Sequence record: MK327931.1
From: Escherichia phage vB_EcoM_G17
Reading direction: 5' to 3' (one strand)
DNA: 64,000 bases
This document shows, in pieces, positions 49,435-60,741 of this stretch; within the stretch, counting starts at the first letter, position 1; every line of letters begins with the position of its first letter. Under the pieces are notes generated by a model. That model was not told the origin of the DNA. It was given only the letters and a program-made list of their open reading frames with translations, and did no database searches. The position numbers and the translations under genes are program-made.

Positions 49435-49932
49435 TTAGTAGTTAATTAAAATTTGTTCTAACTTCCCAGCTAAACTTTTTTGGACATCTGATGGATACTT
49501 ACTAATATAATCACGGTCTATACCAACTTTAAGGTAAGTAAAATTACCAGTTACTGTTTCAGCAAATGTTCCGGTAGTTCCTTGTTGTCTAATTAAATCC
49601 CCACCATTTGGATTTAAAATAACCATATCAGTAAATTCAAGATAATAATTACAACTTTCAGTGAATTTAATTGGAAACCAATCATCATCAGTAGGATTAC
49701 TAGCTAATGTAGCTAATACATAAATTCTACCAATAAAATTACGTAGTGTAAATGAAATAGTATGTAAACCTGTAGTACAGCCATAGTAGCCACCACTTGC
49801 GAGTGGTAACGTTTGTTCATTCCAGTGATAATCCAAGTTAGCTGGATACCAGCTATCAGATTCAGGAAAATCTTGCCATGAACCATCTTTTGTTTTTCTT
49901 CTGAAGAGAAAGTCTTTTGATCTTAATGCCAT
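49435..49932 (-). CDS. Hypothetical protein
   Basis: 165-aa ORF, first of a three-gene minus-strand block. Confidence 0.45.
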   Translation of the reverse strand: MALRSKDFLFRRKTKDGSWQDFPESDSWYPANLDYHWNEQTLPLASGGYYGCTTGLHTISFTLRNFIGRIYVLATLASNPTDDDWFPIKFTESCNYYLEFTDMVILNPNGGDLIRQQGTTGTFAETVTGNFTYLKVGIDRDYISKYPSDVQKSLAGKLEQILINY

Positions 49933-50042
49933 TGTTTAAGCCCTTTTAGTAGTGAACTTTCATTTATTTATTAATGATAACGAAATGTATTTTGTACTGA
50001 TAAATATTGGTATATGACATTAACTCATACAAGGGAAATATT

Positions 50043-51158
50043 ATGACAATTTCATTTAATGGTTCATGTAATAACTCCGGCATCAAAAGTCTAGTTATTA
50101 ATGGTGCTGGGCATTTAATTGTAACCTATGCAGATAACACAATTCAAGATTTAGGTCTTGTTGTAGGACAGAATGGCGAGAATGGTAAAAACTTTTATCC
50201 TAATGAGATTGGTTTTGAAATTCCTTCCGAACAATTTAAAGTTGGTGAACCACTTGGGTGGTGCTACTTAAGCTTGGCTAACAATACCAGTACTCTATAC
50301 TTTAAATCAAATGATGCACAAGATCCGACAAGTACATGGATTAGTGTTGAGTTTGGTAAAGGTGATACGGGTGAAGCGGGTAAGCCGTTCCACATTGATA
50401 GTGCTGGAACTACTTTCCCAACAACTGGTCTTTTTAATAACTATACATTTTATAATACTCAAGATGGTAAACTTTATTTCTATCAAAGTGTAACTGCTAC
50501 TTGGAGTGATGGTATACCTTTCCGTGGTGAACAAGGTCCGCGTGGTCGTTTCCATATTGATAGCAGTGGTGATCAATTTCCAAGTATTGAAAATCTTCCA
50601 GTTGATTATTGTTTTTATAACAACACTGATGGAAAACTATATTATGTTGATGAAGTAACTACAACTACCCCTCCTTCAAAAGAGTGGAGTGATGGTATTC
50701 TATTCCGTGGTAAAGAAGGTCAGCAAGGTATTCAAGGTATACAAGGCGAACCAGGTGCACCAGGTAAAGATACAATTTCTATTAGAAATACCATAGATAG
50801 CTCATGGACTAACGCACTATTAGTTATTGGTACATGTCCTGCTGGATATGTAGTTTCTAATATTGATGTAAACGTTATACAACCTTATTCTCTTCCAGTA
50901 ACTGATATGTTTGTACGTTTTGGTGGTGAAGCACAAGAAGATATTGGCGGGACGGTAATTGCACCAACTTCCTACTTTGATATCAATCGTCAGATGCGTT
51001 TTATTGTTAATGAAACTAATCATGCAGCATCCGATGATGATGAAATTATTTCATGTGTATTCAACGATTCTGTTAACAACAGTCCTTATGGAAAAATGGA
51101 AATTATTTGTACTCTTTCATGGCAAGCTCCTATCCAACCGATTCAAGATAATATTTAA
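50043..51158 (+). CDS. Fiber-like protein with short collagen-like Gly-X-Y runs and an internal ~50-aa duplication
   Basis: ORF track 50007..51158 starts at TTG; ATG 50043 has an AAGGGA RBS. Contains GEQGPRGRF and GKEGQQGIQGIQGEPGAPGKD; repeated unit HIDSxG..FP...YxFYNxxDGKLYxx...WSDGIxFRG occurs twice. Confidence 0.6.
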   Translation: MTISFNGSCNNSGIKSLVINGAGHLIVTYADNTIQDLGLVVGQNGENGKNFYPNEIGFEIPSEQFKVGEPLGWCYLSLANNTSTLYFKSNDAQDPTSTWISVEFGKGDTGEAGKPFHIDSAGTTFPTTGLFNNYTFYNTQDGKLYFYQSVTATWSDGIPFRGEQGPRGRFHIDSSGDQFPSIENLPVDYCFYNNTDGKLYYVDEVTTTTPPSKEWSDGILFRGKEGQQGIQGIQGEPGAPGKDTISIRNTIDSSWTNALLVIGTCPAGYVVSNIDVNVIQPYSLPVTDMFVRFGGEAQEDIGGTVIAPTSYFDINRQMRFIVNETNHAASDDDEIISCVFNDSVNNSPYGKMEIICTLSWQAPIQPIQDNI

Positions 51159-51172
51159 GGGAGGATGTCATA

Positions 51173-53314
51173 ATGGCAGTATTTTCTAATTTTGAAGGAA
51201 CTATGCAGCCCAAATTCATATTGGGGAAAAAAGGTGCTTCAATAAATTTTATCAATGATTCAGTTTCTATAAAAGATTATCTAGGAGAACAGTTCCTACC
51301 ACTGAAGGTAGGAACTTCATCTGACCCTAATTCAGCAGTTAACGTAAAATATCTTGAAGATAACCCTAATGCATTATTTGGTGTTGTACCCCCTACCGAT
51401 GATGTAGGAAAGAACAATAATACGTATTTTCAAATTGATGAAGATGGTATTGTTGATATTTTTGCAAAAAGTAATGGTACATGGGTAAAATCATTATACA
51501 TTAATAAAAAAGTTCTATCCAGTAAAAATGGTGGCGATTTCATCGGACTTATTACTGGAGGTACAGTTCAACAGGCCCAGTTTTATATAACACCAGAAGA
51601 ATTTGGTGCTAAAGGTGATGGCGAAACTGATGACACTGCTGCTGTAAATTTATGTGCTGCTTATGCTAAAGAAAATAAAATCCAAATTCAGGCTGGTGGT
51701 AATTACCGTATCAAAACTGCAATATACCTAGAAGATGTAACTTGGTTTGGGGGAACTATTACTGGTAACGGTGGTACTATGGTATCTGTTATTAATTCCC
51801 AAATACAATTTGCAACACTTACTGGATGTTATTTAAAATTCTTCGGTGGCGATGGTAAGTTTTATTTTAATAAATTTATAAACATCACAAGTACTGCTGC
51901 ATTTTTAATGCAAGGTATGACACAACCAGGAACAATAGATTTTTGCTTTAATGAAATGACCCAATGTAAGTATGGTGTTCTTCAACAAGGTACTGGTGAG
52001 AAAATGAAGGTTGGTAGATATTCATATAACCATATTCATGATATCTATGGTGATGCAATTGAACTAAACGTAATTAACTCACATTATCCTGATGGTTTTG
52101 TGATTGAAGGAAACGTAATTGAAAACGTTGATGGTTCTAACGCTCCAATCCCACTTTCAAACTGGGGCATTGGTATTGGCGTTGCTGGTTCTGGTCCTTA
52201 TGGTTTAGATGCACCAGATACACAATATGTCAGAAACTTTGTTATTAAAAATAACAGACTATATAATGTTAGACAATGTATACACGTTGAATTAGGAATG
52301 GACTTTAAAATACTTAATAATGAAGTTTATCCATCATCTTTAGTTTCTGTTGGTACTGGATTAACCACTGCTGGTGTTATAACTTATGGTTCGAAAGAAT
52401 TCATTATTGATGGGTTGACTGGTCATTTGCTTAATGATCCTTCTATCACAAATAGAATGGTTTCAATAAACTGGGGTGTAACTTCTGGTCGTTTTGCTGG
52501 ACCACCTAGAAACTTTAAAATTTCTAATCTCTATATTCCAGAGTCTTCTATACTTGTTTATACTTCCGGTTCTGATAATTGGTTAAATAATACAGAATTG
52601 AGCAATATCACTTGTTCTAAAATCCTTTGGCGTGGTTTGCCATCATCATCTAAATTTAGTGATATTAGAACTAAAGAATTAGATGTAATTGGTCAACACC
52701 TCTCTACCGAAGGCGAAGGTGGTGGTATCTATACTCGCTCTAAATATACTTATACTAATTGGACTAACTGTGTTGTTCAAGATGATTGTAATGTTTCAAA
52801 ATATAGTTTTTCTAAAATGTATGTAGACAGAATAGACCAATCATCTAATAACTTTAAAGTTACAACTGCAATCGATGGTACAGGTCACCGTGGCCCAGTA
52901 CTGATACCTGTAGTTGAGCAATATTATATTCCATACGATACTTTTCCTGGGGGACGCTATTTCTCTGAAGGCACGATTATTCATAAACAATCGGGTGGAA
53001 AATATATTGTAACTGTTGGTGGTTCTTTTTTCGGAAAATATGACACAATTAGACAAACGGTAGCAGGACAAACATACATAGAAGCATTGGGTGTGTCATG
53101 GGGTGAAAACCAATATGCAAAAGCTGCTGGTACTGAGATCATTATATCCGGTGCTGGTGAAAATGGTGGTGATTTGAGAACGTATATAACTCGTGCAGTG
53201 TATGTTGTAAACAACGTATATAGAATTGATATTGCAGATCCTATCATAACAGCAACTGCCGCTGGTGCAGCATTAAAAGCTGCCCAACCCGTAACTTACA
53301 TAACCCTACCATAA
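51173..53314 (+). CDS. Tail spike with pectate-lyase-like right-handed beta-helix (putative polysaccharide depolymerase)
   Basis: 713-aa ORF; ITPEEFGAKGDGETDDTAAVNLCAAY is the hallmark N-terminal motif of pectate-lyase-superfamily tailspikes; N-terminal ~100 aa (MAVFSNFEGTM..FILGKKGA) are shared with the next gene. Confidence 0.7.
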   Translation: MAVFSNFEGTMQPKFILGKKGASINFINDSVSIKDYLGEQFLPLKVGTSSDPNSAVNVKYLEDNPNALFGVVPPTDDVGKNNNTYFQIDEDGIVDIFAKSNGTWVKSLYINKKVLSSKNGGDFIGLITGGTVQQAQFYITPEEFGAKGDGETDDTAAVNLCAAYAKENKIQIQAGGNYRIKTAIYLEDVTWFGGTITGNGGTMVSVINSQIQFATLTGCYLKFFGGDGKFYFNKFINITSTAAFLMQGMTQPGTIDFCFNEMTQCKYGVLQQGTGEKMKVGRYSYNHIHDIYGDAIELNVINSHYPDGFVIEGNVIENVDGSNAPIPLSNWGIGIGVAGSGPYGLDAPDTQYVRNFVIKNNRLYNVRQCIHVELGMDFKILNNEVYPSSLVSVGTGLTTAGVITYGSKEFIIDGLTGHLLNDPSITNRMVSINWGVTSGRFAGPPRNFKISNLYIPESSILVYTSGSDNWLNNTELSNITCSKILWRGLPSSSKFSDIRTKELDVIGQHLSTEGEGGGIYTRSKYTYTNWTNCVVQDDCNVSKYSFSKMYVDRIDQSSNNFKVTTAIDGTGHRGPVLIPVVEQYYIPYDTFPGGRYFSEGTIIHKQSGGKYIVTVGGSFFGKYDTIRQTVAGQTYIEALGVSWGENQYAKAAGTEIIISGAGENGGDLRTYITRAVYVVNNVYRIDIADPIITATAAGAALKAAQPVTYITLP

Positions 53315-53330
53315 AGGAGATTATATTAAA

Positions 53331-54227
53331 ATGGCAGTTTTTTCTAATTTAGAAGGAACCATGAAGAAGTCCTTCATTCTTGGGAAGAATGGTGCACAGA
53401 TTACCACAAATGGTAGTGTTGTGCAAATTCAAAACTACTCAGGAACACAACTTCTTCCAATTTCAGCAGGTGAACCAACTGCAAACACACACTTGGTTAC
53501 ATTGGGATATTTAAACGCACACAGTGGTGGTGGTAGTTCTGGTATCTTACGTGGAACAACAGCACCATCCGATTCGATCGGTCTAGATGGTGACGTTTAC
53601 TTTTTGGTTGATAGTACTAATGTTCTTCAAATTTATATTAAAGATCTTGGTATTTGGAAACCATTTAAAGGTAGCTCACCTGGGACTGATAGCTCATATG
53701 TAACTACTGAAATAGTTCCTGTTTCTGCATTTACATTAGTGCCAGATACTACTGATCATTATACTTACACACTACCAGAATCAGTTCATGGTAGAGGTTC
53801 TGATATTATGATCCAACTACAAGGTGACCCAGGTAATGTTGCATTGGAATCAGTATTCCAAACCACAGTAACAGTTAGTGGTATTGGGGATATAACAATT
53901 GATGTGATTGGTCAAATCACAGATTATGCAAGTGTTAAAGTAAACATTATAGGAGCAACAACAATGACAGTACCTTATAGTAAATTGGTAAACCAAGCAG
54001 ATTGGGTTTCTAGTGATGGTGATTTTACAATCACTATTCCTGCATCTGAACACAATCAAACACCAGATAATTTGTATATTTCAATTTATGCAAATAAAAC
54101 ACCTGGGAGTGTTTCGTCATCTCCATTTGAATTGGTAGTGACTGATACACAAATTAGTAGTACTGGTGATGTAATCTTCACTTCTGATATTTCTTTCAGT
54201 GGTAAGATTGTCATCTCTGGTAAGTAA
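53331..54227 (+). CDS. Tail fiber/spike protein sharing the N-terminal anchor module with the upstream spike
   Basis: 298-aa ORF; N-terminus MAVFSNLEGTMKKSFILGKNGA and DGDVYFLVDSTNVLQIYIKDLGIWK parallel MAVFSNFEGTMQPKFILGKKGA and DEDGIVDIFAKSNGTWVK of the 51173 gene; C-terminal part unrelated. Confidence 0.6.
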   Translation: MAVFSNLEGTMKKSFILGKNGAQITTNGSVVQIQNYSGTQLLPISAGEPTANTHLVTLGYLNAHSGGGSSGILRGTTAPSDSIGLDGDVYFLVDSTNVLQIYIKDLGIWKPFKGSSPGTDSSYVTTEIVPVSAFTLVPDTTDHYTYTLPESVHGRGSDIMIQLQGDPGNVALESVFQTTVTVSGIGDITIDVIGQITDYASVKVNIIGATTMTVPYSKLVNQADWVSSDGDFTITIPASEHNQTPDNLYISIYANKTPGSVSSSPFELVVTDTQISSTGDVIFTSDISFSGKIVISGK

Positions 54228-54236
54228 AAAAAATTA

Positions 54237-54268
54237 ACCAGACTTGTTCTAAATAAGTCTGGTTTTTA
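54237..54268 (+). terminator. Rho-independent terminator
   Basis: 9-bp stem accagactt/aagtctggt (54237-54263) followed by ttttt. Confidence 0.6.
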
Positions 54269-54365
54269 TTATATTTGCTTTTGTCAAATAACATATTAAT
54301 TGTTGGATAACAGCATAATAAAACTAAATATATACATATTAACAAGGTTATAATGGAGGGTATAA

Positions 54366-57300
54366 ATGTACTCAATAAAAACTGACTTAGATATTACTGG
54401 TGCTGGTACGGTTGGTAAGGATCTTTTAGTCAAAGGAAATGCTGTTTTCAACAATAACCTAACTGTAAATGGTACTGTAACTTTTGCAAATGCAACTTTT
54501 ACTGCCATTGAATCATCAACTGCCAACATTACATCTACTTTAGATGTAGGTGGCAAAGCAACACTTTCTGGTGGTCTTGGTGTTGAGGGTAATACTACAA
54601 TCGGTAGTGCAGTTGTCGGGTCTGATACAGCAACAATTAATTCAAACGCTACCTTTAACGGTACTGTATCAGTTGGTTCTGATTTTACACAAACTGCTGG
54701 TACAACCACTCTACAAGCAACTAAAGTTAAAAACTTAGAAGTTGCTGAAACAACAGCATTTAAAGGTAATATTACTGCTGATGTTGGGACTACTGCTGCA
54801 TTTGATAAAATTACTGCTAATACCGCAGAAATTACTAATGTAAGTACAACAGATATTAGTAGTACTGGTACTGCTACATTTAACGATGTGACAATTAGTG
54901 GTACACTTGGTGGTGAGTTTAATCTATCTGACTTAAATGCAGTAACATTGAACGTTACTGGTGCATCTAACCAACAAGGTGCAGTAACTTTCGGTGCTAA
55001 CGTAACTGGTATTAACAGTACTGCTACTTTTAAAGACATTCGTATTGGTTCTAACTCTGAATCACAAACCTTCAGATTAAGCTTCCCTTACACTGCTCCT
55101 GGTAAACGCCCAACTGTTATTCTACAAAACGAAATTCAGTCCGAGCTAATGTCACCTGCAAACTTGACAGTATTGACCTCTGCTTCTTTTGGTAATGCGT
55201 CATTATCTTCTTATGGTATTACTGGTAATGGTCTAAACAAATTAGATTATCTAACAGTTTCTGGTAACAATACACAATCACCAGACACACCACTATTAGA
55301 AGTTCAAAAAGGAAAAACTAAAGTTGCTGACTTTGAAGTAACCGGAACTGCAACTATTCCAAATATCGAAAGTACTGGTACTGCTAATTTTAATAACATT
55401 AATGTTTCTGGTCTTCTTGGTGGAACGTTCCAACTAGACGATATTAATGCAGTATCTTTGAACGTTACTGGTGTAACTTCATTAGTTGGTGGTGTTACTC
55501 TTGGTTCTAATATTACTGGTTATAACAGTACTGCATCCTTTAAAGCTATCAGCTTAGGTCAAAATAGTCAAGATGCGGCAGTGAAACTAGGTTTTGGATA
55601 TACTGCACCAGGTCAACGCCCAACAGTTATTCTACCTAACGAAGTTCAATCAGAAGTCGTTTCTCCTTCTACATTGAACGTTCTTAAAACAGCAACTTTC
55701 GGTAACGCTTCTCTTTCCACTTATGGTATTACTGGTAACGGTCTAAACAAACTAGATTACCTAACTATTACTGGTAACGAAACACAAGCTCCAGGTACAC
55801 CATTCCTACAAGTTGGTGGTAAAGCAATTCTTAATGATGTTGAATTTACTGGAACAGTAACTGGACTAACTGTTGATGTTAGTGGGCAGGATCTAACACC
55901 TAATTCTGTTGTCGCGGCAGCAAATATTAAAGGTGCAACACTTGAAAGTACTGGTAACACTACCGTGGGTGCTAAACTAACTGTTACTGGTGATATTGCT
56001 GGTACAACTGCAACTCTTTCTGGTGCATTATCCGCTGGTTCAGTAAGTTCTGGTTCTATTACTGGTACAACTTCTGTATCTGCACCAACAATTAGTGCAT
56101 CTACTGAAGTAACGGCCCCTACTATCACTGCGAGTGGAACTGTAAGTGGGCAAACAATTAACGGTACTAATATTAGTGCAACAACTCTGACTGCACCAAC
56201 TATTAGTGGTAATACTAACTTTACAGAAAATGTTGATATTACTGGTAGCTTAACTGTTGGTTCTCTAGACTTGAGCACTACCGATATTAATGCTAAATCA
56301 ATCACTACTACTGCTGGTGCAACTATTGGTGGTGATTTAGTAGTTCAAGGCTCTTTTGATTTATCAGCAGCCGACCTTAATGTTAAATCATTAACTACTT
56401 CTGGTATTGTTAAAAGTAATGATCTTGTTAATGCTAACGTACTTCCAGTACTTAATAGTACTACCATAACGGCAACTACTGTTAATGCTGATGATATAAC
56501 TGTTACCGGATCTGCTAATTTGGGTACAATTTACTCAAGCTCATCTGTTCTAGTTGGGTCAACTTTAACTGTAACTGGTGAAACTACAACTGCATCGTTG
56601 GTTACCCCAACCATTTCAAATGCAAGTGGTGTCACTATTTCCAATAATACAAATGTAACTGGTGACCTAACTGTTACTGGTGCAGTTATTCCAGGCTCTA
56701 TCGATCTAGCAACAACTGATGTTAATGCTAAATCCATTACTACTACTGCTGGTGCAACTATTGGTGGTAACCTAACTGTTAATGGTACAGTAGATCTTAC
56801 TACGGCTGATGTTACTGTCAAATCTTTAACTAGTACTGGTGCAATTGTTAGTAATGAATCCACAATTAGTAGTGTTCTACCTAAACTTCAAAGTACTGAT
56901 GCAACTATTGCAACCCTTGGTTCAACAACTGCAAATATTACTAATTTGAATGTTACTGGTGCATCTACCGTAGCTGACGTAACTTCTTCAGGTAAAGTTA
57001 AAGCAGTTTCTGTAGAAACCCCAACAATTAGTAACGTTGATGGTGTATCTATTTCCAATAATACATCTATTACTGGTGACCTAACAGTTTCTGGTACAGT
57101 AACACCAGGTGCAATTGATTTGAGCACAACTGATGTAAGTGCAAAATCCATTACTACTACCGCTGGAGCAAATATTGGTGGAGATCTTGTTGTTTCTGGT
57201 ACAGTTGATTTAAGTGGTGCTGATGTATCTGTTAAATCTCTAACAAGTACTGGTATTATTACAGTTAGTAGTGCAGAAGGTATCAACGTTCTACCTAAAG

Positions 57301-59891
57301 TTCAAAGTACTGAAGTTACAGTGTCTGCTCTAAATGCAACAAATGCAGTAGTTTCTGGTGATGTTTCAGCAGCAACAGCTTCAATCTCAGGTGCAATTAC
57401 TGGTGGGTCAGCAACACTATCTGGTGTTGGAACTGCTCTAAATGTAACTAATAACGCAACTGTTGGTGGTGTACTTACTGTTGGTTCTATTACTTCAGCG
57501 GCAGAAAATGTATCCATTACTAAAAATACCGCGATTACTGGTAATTTAGCAGTATCTGGAACACTAACTGCGGGTGTTATTGATCTTAGCACAACTGATG
57601 TGTCTGTGAAGACATTAACTTCTCTAGGTGATGCAACCGTTCAAGGTAACTTAACTGTTGATGGTACTATTAACCTAAGTTCTGCAAACATCGTCGGTGT
57701 AACACTAGAAAGTACTGGCTCCACTACCGTAGGTACTGATTTGATACTAACTACTGGTAACATTACAGGTAGTCCATCTATTTCTGGTAACTTAGGTGTA
57801 ACTGGCACTACAACTTTAACTGGTGCAACAACAGTTTCAAATACATTGAATACTGCTGGTAAACTAACAGTTAATGCTGGTGGAATTCAGGTTGTTGCTG
57901 GTGGTATACAAGTTGATTCTGGAACTATTACTGCTTCTAGTGCTAATATTTCTGGTAGCTCAACACTTAATAGTGCTACTGTAACCACTACACTAGGTGT
58001 TACTGGTGCAGCAAGTATGAATGGTGGTTTAACTGCTTCTACATTGGATGTAACAGGTGATAGTACAGTACAAAAACTAACTGTTAAGGGTGTATTTGTT
58101 CCTGAAGGTGGTTTGGACTTATCCGGTGCTGATCTTAGTGTGAATAGCGTAACTGCGGCAACCACATTAAGTGTTACTGGTGCTAGTACTCTAACTGGTG
58201 GTGTTTCCACTTCAACTGTTACTGCATCCGGTAAGGTAACCGCACAAGAACTAAGTACTGGTACATTGGATGTAACCACAAATGGAACTGTTGGTGGAAC
58301 TTTAGGTGTAACTGGTAAAGCAACTGTTGGATCACTAGATTCAGGTGCAATCTCTGCAACATCTGGTACATTTAGTACTACACTAGATGTGACTGGTGCA
58401 GCGACCTTTGGTAATAATGTTAACATTACTGGTACATTAACCCCAGGTGCATTGGATTTAGCTAGTACTGATGTAGTTGCTAACAGTCTTTCTGTAGCTA
58501 CAACTCTACATTCAGATGGCAACGCAACAATTGGTGGCACATTAGGCGTAACTGGTGCAGTATCTGCTCCATCAATCGCTCTTAATGGTGAAGGTGCTGC
58601 GTTAGCAGTTACTAATAACGCAACAATTGGTGGTACATTAGGTGTAACTGGTGCTACAACTTTAGGTTCTCTAACAACCTCTGGTGCAGTTAAAACTGGT
58701 GCTGATGTTATTATCGGTACTAAAATTGGCGATCAACCAGAGACAGTTCAGATTTTCCCTAATACTTACATTGCTGGCTCCTTGCGTGTAGATGGTGGTA
58801 TCAACGCTGATATTGACGTTAGTGGTCAAACAATTGAACCTTATGCAGTTGTTGCGGCGGACACTATTAGTGCAGCGGGTAATATTACTTCTGGTGCAGA
58901 GTTGATTTCCAAATCAGCAACTATTGGTGATGTTGGTTCACAAAACAACAACTTAACAATCAATGGTAACGTAGTTAACAACGGTAACTTTACAGTAACT
59001 GGTCTACTTAACGCAACACTAAACCAAGCAAACTCTGACGTGGCTGTTAAATCATTAACTGCAACCAACAGTGTTGCTGCTGGTACTAGTATTACCGCAG
59101 GTACAAGTATTACTGCAACTGGTCTACTAAAAGGGAACACCCTTGAAGTAACTACTACTGGTTCATTTGGTGGTGCAGTAACAATGTCAAGTGGTGCTAA
59201 CATTACTGGAACCGTTGGAATTACTTCTGGTAACCTAACTGTTGGTGGTGATATTTCTGCAACAGGTACTGCAACCCTAGCAGCAACTTCAGTAACTACC
59301 ATTACTACTTCTGGTGCAGCAACACTTGCTAGTGCATCTGTTACTGGAGCAGCAACAATCGGTGGTACTTTAACTGTTACTGGTTTAATGACTGCAAATG
59401 GTAGTGTTGTTTTAGGTGACGCTGCTGCTGATACATTAACTGTCAATGCAACATCTTCTTTCAAAGAAAATGCAGTATTTGATAAAGATGTAACTGTAAC
59501 TGGTCAATTAACAACTACTAATGCTGACCTAACTACTACAACAGTAACTACTAAAAAATATGATGTTATTCCTAATCAAGTAACTTCTTCTGTTATCGCA
59601 CCAACTGGTACTTGGACCCCAGACGGTACTAGCAACGTATACTTTATCACTCTAGATCAAGATACCACTCTAGCACCAATCACTGGTCTAATCGGTGGTG
59701 GTAAAGCATCTTCAGTATACATTTATGTGAAACAAGATGCAACAGGTAATAGAAACTTTACTACTGATGGTACTTATGCGGTTGTTGATGGCACACTGAA
59801 CAAAACTGCAAACTCTGTAACTATCTACCAAGTCATTTATGACGGTGTGAGTCCAGTAACAGATATGTTTATTGCACAACGTACTGCTTAA
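54366..59891 (+). CDS. Giant repetitive fiber/adhesin-like protein (1841 aa)
   Basis: Single 5.5-kb ORF with GGAGGG RBS; almost entirely Thr/Gly/Ser/Val/Ala/Asn short beta-strand repeats with several long internal tandem duplications (e.g. the ~145-aa unit YTAPGKRPTVILQNEIQSE.../YTAPGQRPTVILPNEVQSE..., and the ~115-aa unit containing DLxTTDVxAKSITTTAGAxIGG three times). Confidence 0.75.
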   Translation: MYSIKTDLDITGAGTVGKDLLVKGNAVFNNNLTVNGTVTFANATFTAIESSTANITSTLDVGGKATLSGGLGVEGNTTIGSAVVGSDTATINSNATFNGTVSVGSDFTQTAGTTTLQATKVKNLEVAETTAFKGNITADVGTTAAFDKITANTAEITNVSTTDISSTGTATFNDVTISGTLGGEFNLSDLNAVTLNVTGASNQQGAVTFGANVTGINSTATFKDIRIGSNSESQTFRLSFPYTAPGKRPTVILQNEIQSELMSPANLTVLTSASFGNASLSSYGITGNGLNKLDYLTVSGNNTQSPDTPLLEVQKGKTKVADFEVTGTATIPNIESTGTANFNNINVSGLLGGTFQLDDINAVSLNVTGVTSLVGGVTLGSNITGYNSTASFKAISLGQNSQDAAVKLGFGYTAPGQRPTVILPNEVQSEVVSPSTLNVLKTATFGNASLSTYGITGNGLNKLDYLTITGNETQAPGTPFLQVGGKAILNDVEFTGTVTGLTVDVSGQDLTPNSVVAAANIKGATLESTGNTTVGAKLTVTGDIAGTTATLSGALSAGSVSSGSITGTTSVSAPTISASTEVTAPTITASGTVSGQTINGTNISATTLTAPTISGNTNFTENVDITGSLTVGSLDLSTTDINAKSITTTAGATIGGDLVVQGSFDLSAADLNVKSLTTSGIVKSNDLVNANVLPVLNSTTITATTVNADDITVTGSANLGTIYSSSSVLVGSTLTVTGETTTASLVTPTISNASGVTISNNTNVTGDLTVTGAVIPGSIDLATTDVNAKSITTTAGATIGGNLTVNGTVDLTTADVTVKSLTSTGAIVSNESTISSVLPKLQSTDATIATLGSTTANITNLNVTGASTVADVTSSGKVKAVSVETPTISNVDGVSISNNTSITGDLTVSGTVTPGAIDLSTTDVSAKSITTTAGANIGGDLVVSGTVDLSGADVSVKSLTSTGIITVSSAEGINVLPKVQSTEVTVSALNATNAVVSGDVSAATASISGAITGGSATLSGVGTALNVTNNATVGGVLTVGSITSAAENVSITKNTAITGNLAVSGTLTAGVIDLSTTDVSVKTLTSLGDATVQGNLTVDGTINLSSANIVGVTLESTGSTTVGTDLILTTGNITGSPSISGNLGVTGTTTLTGATTVSNTLNTAGKLTVNAGGIQVVAGGIQVDSGTITASSANISGSSTLNSATVTTTLGVTGAASMNGGLTASTLDVTGDSTVQKLTVKGVFVPEGGLDLSGADLSVNSVTAATTLSVTGASTLTGGVSTSTVTASGKVTAQELSTGTLDVTTNGTVGGTLGVTGKATVGSLDSGAISATSGTFSTTLDVTGAATFGNNVNITGTLTPGALDLASTDVVANSLSVATTLHSDGNATIGGTLGVTGAVSAPSIALNGEGAALAVTNNATIGGTLGVTGATTLGSLTTSGAVKTGADVIIGTKIGDQPETVQIFPNTYIAGSLRVDGGINADIDVSGQTIEPYAVVAADTISAAGNITSGAELISKSATIGDVGSQNNNLTINGNVVNNGNFTVTGLLNATLNQANSDVAVKSLTATNSVAAGTSITAGTSITATGLLKGNTLEVTTTGSFGGAVTMSSGANITGTVGITSGNLTVGGDISATGTATLAATSVTTITTSGAATLASASVTGAATIGGTLTVTGLMTANGSVVLGDAAADTLTVNATSSFKENAVFDKDVTVTGQLTTTNADLTTTTVTTKKYDVIPNQVTSSVIAPTGTWTPDGTSNVYFITLDQDTTLAPITGLIGGGKASSVYIYVKQDATGNRNFTTDGTYAVVDGTLNKTANSVTIYQVIYDGVSPVTDMFIAQRTA

Positions 59892-59955
59892 TAATTATAA
59901 TAATAAAGGTGTCACTCATTTTGGGTGACACCATCATAACAAGTGAGGTAGTTAT

Positions 59956-60735
59956 ATGTTCACATATGTGAAAGGAAATTCAAAAGAAAATTATGAATTG
60001 GGAAACATTATTTCCAATCCAATTGGTGTAAAAGGACTTAAAGAACGTCCTGGTGCAACACCAGAAGATCCACAAACCTATCGTTATCTTTATAGTGATA
60101 TTAGAACTCTTTATGGTATTTCAAGTAAAGATGGTTCCCCAGTAGAACCTAATGATGCTGTTAGAAAAGAAGAAGGTTTTTGGTGGTTAGTGTATAAAAA
60201 TGTTGGAAATGTTAATGCTATTGAACAACCGTTGGAGTTTATTAAATTAAAAGATGAAAATCAACCTATTGTTGAATTTTTAGAAGACGCTACCGAAGAA
60301 TATAAAGCACTAACTGTTCTTAAAACATATCATTATATTGATATGCCAATAGCAGATGTTAAAGTTGATTTAAAAGCAAGAACTATATCAGAACGTACAA
60401 ATCGTATGAATTCTGGTTATATGTTCAATGGTCATCGTTACAGTACTGATATGTCTGGTCGTCAAATGCTTCTTAATTACTATACACAAGTCACTTCAGG
60501 TTCTGAAAGTGTTTCTATTTTTCTTGATGACGCAATTGTAAAATTATCTGCTACTGAAATGACACAACTATACACTGGAGCCTTTGCTATGATTGAGCAA
60601 TTGTTTACAGAATGTGACAATCAGTGTGCAGCAATTGATGCAGTTGATGATTTAGATCCTGATGCAATTTATAAGGCACAACAAGCTGCAACTTGGGTAT
60701 ATGAAGGTGTTGATATTCCTGAACGTATACGTTAA
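59956..60735 (+). CDS. Hypothetical protein (possibly fiber-associated)
   Basis: 259-aa ORF directly downstream of the giant fiber gene; no motif recognised. Confidence 0.45.
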   Translation: MFTYVKGNSKENYELGNIISNPIGVKGLKERPGATPEDPQTYRYLYSDIRTLYGISSKDGSPVEPNDAVRKEEGFWWLVYKNVGNVNAIEQPLEFIKLKDENQPIVEFLEDATEEYKALTVLKTYHYIDMPIADVKVDLKARTISERTNRMNSGYMFNGHRYSTDMSGRQMLLNYYTQVTSGSESVSIFLDDAIVKLSATEMTQLYTGAFAMIEQLFTECDNQCAAIDAVDDLDPDAIYKAQQAATWVYEGVDIPERIR

Positions 60736-60741
60736 TTTTTT

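Noticed and set aside
54296-59464. Series of minus-strand ORFs (54296..55039, 55757..56305, 56531..56863, 56888..57286, 57302..57592, 57887..58540, 58841..59464) with Val/Pro/Ala/Thr-rich products
   Set aside because: All lie antisense to the single 5.5-kb repetitive fiber ORF; codon bias of the sense strand suppresses stops on the opposite strand. No RBS, and they fragment where the sense ORF does not.
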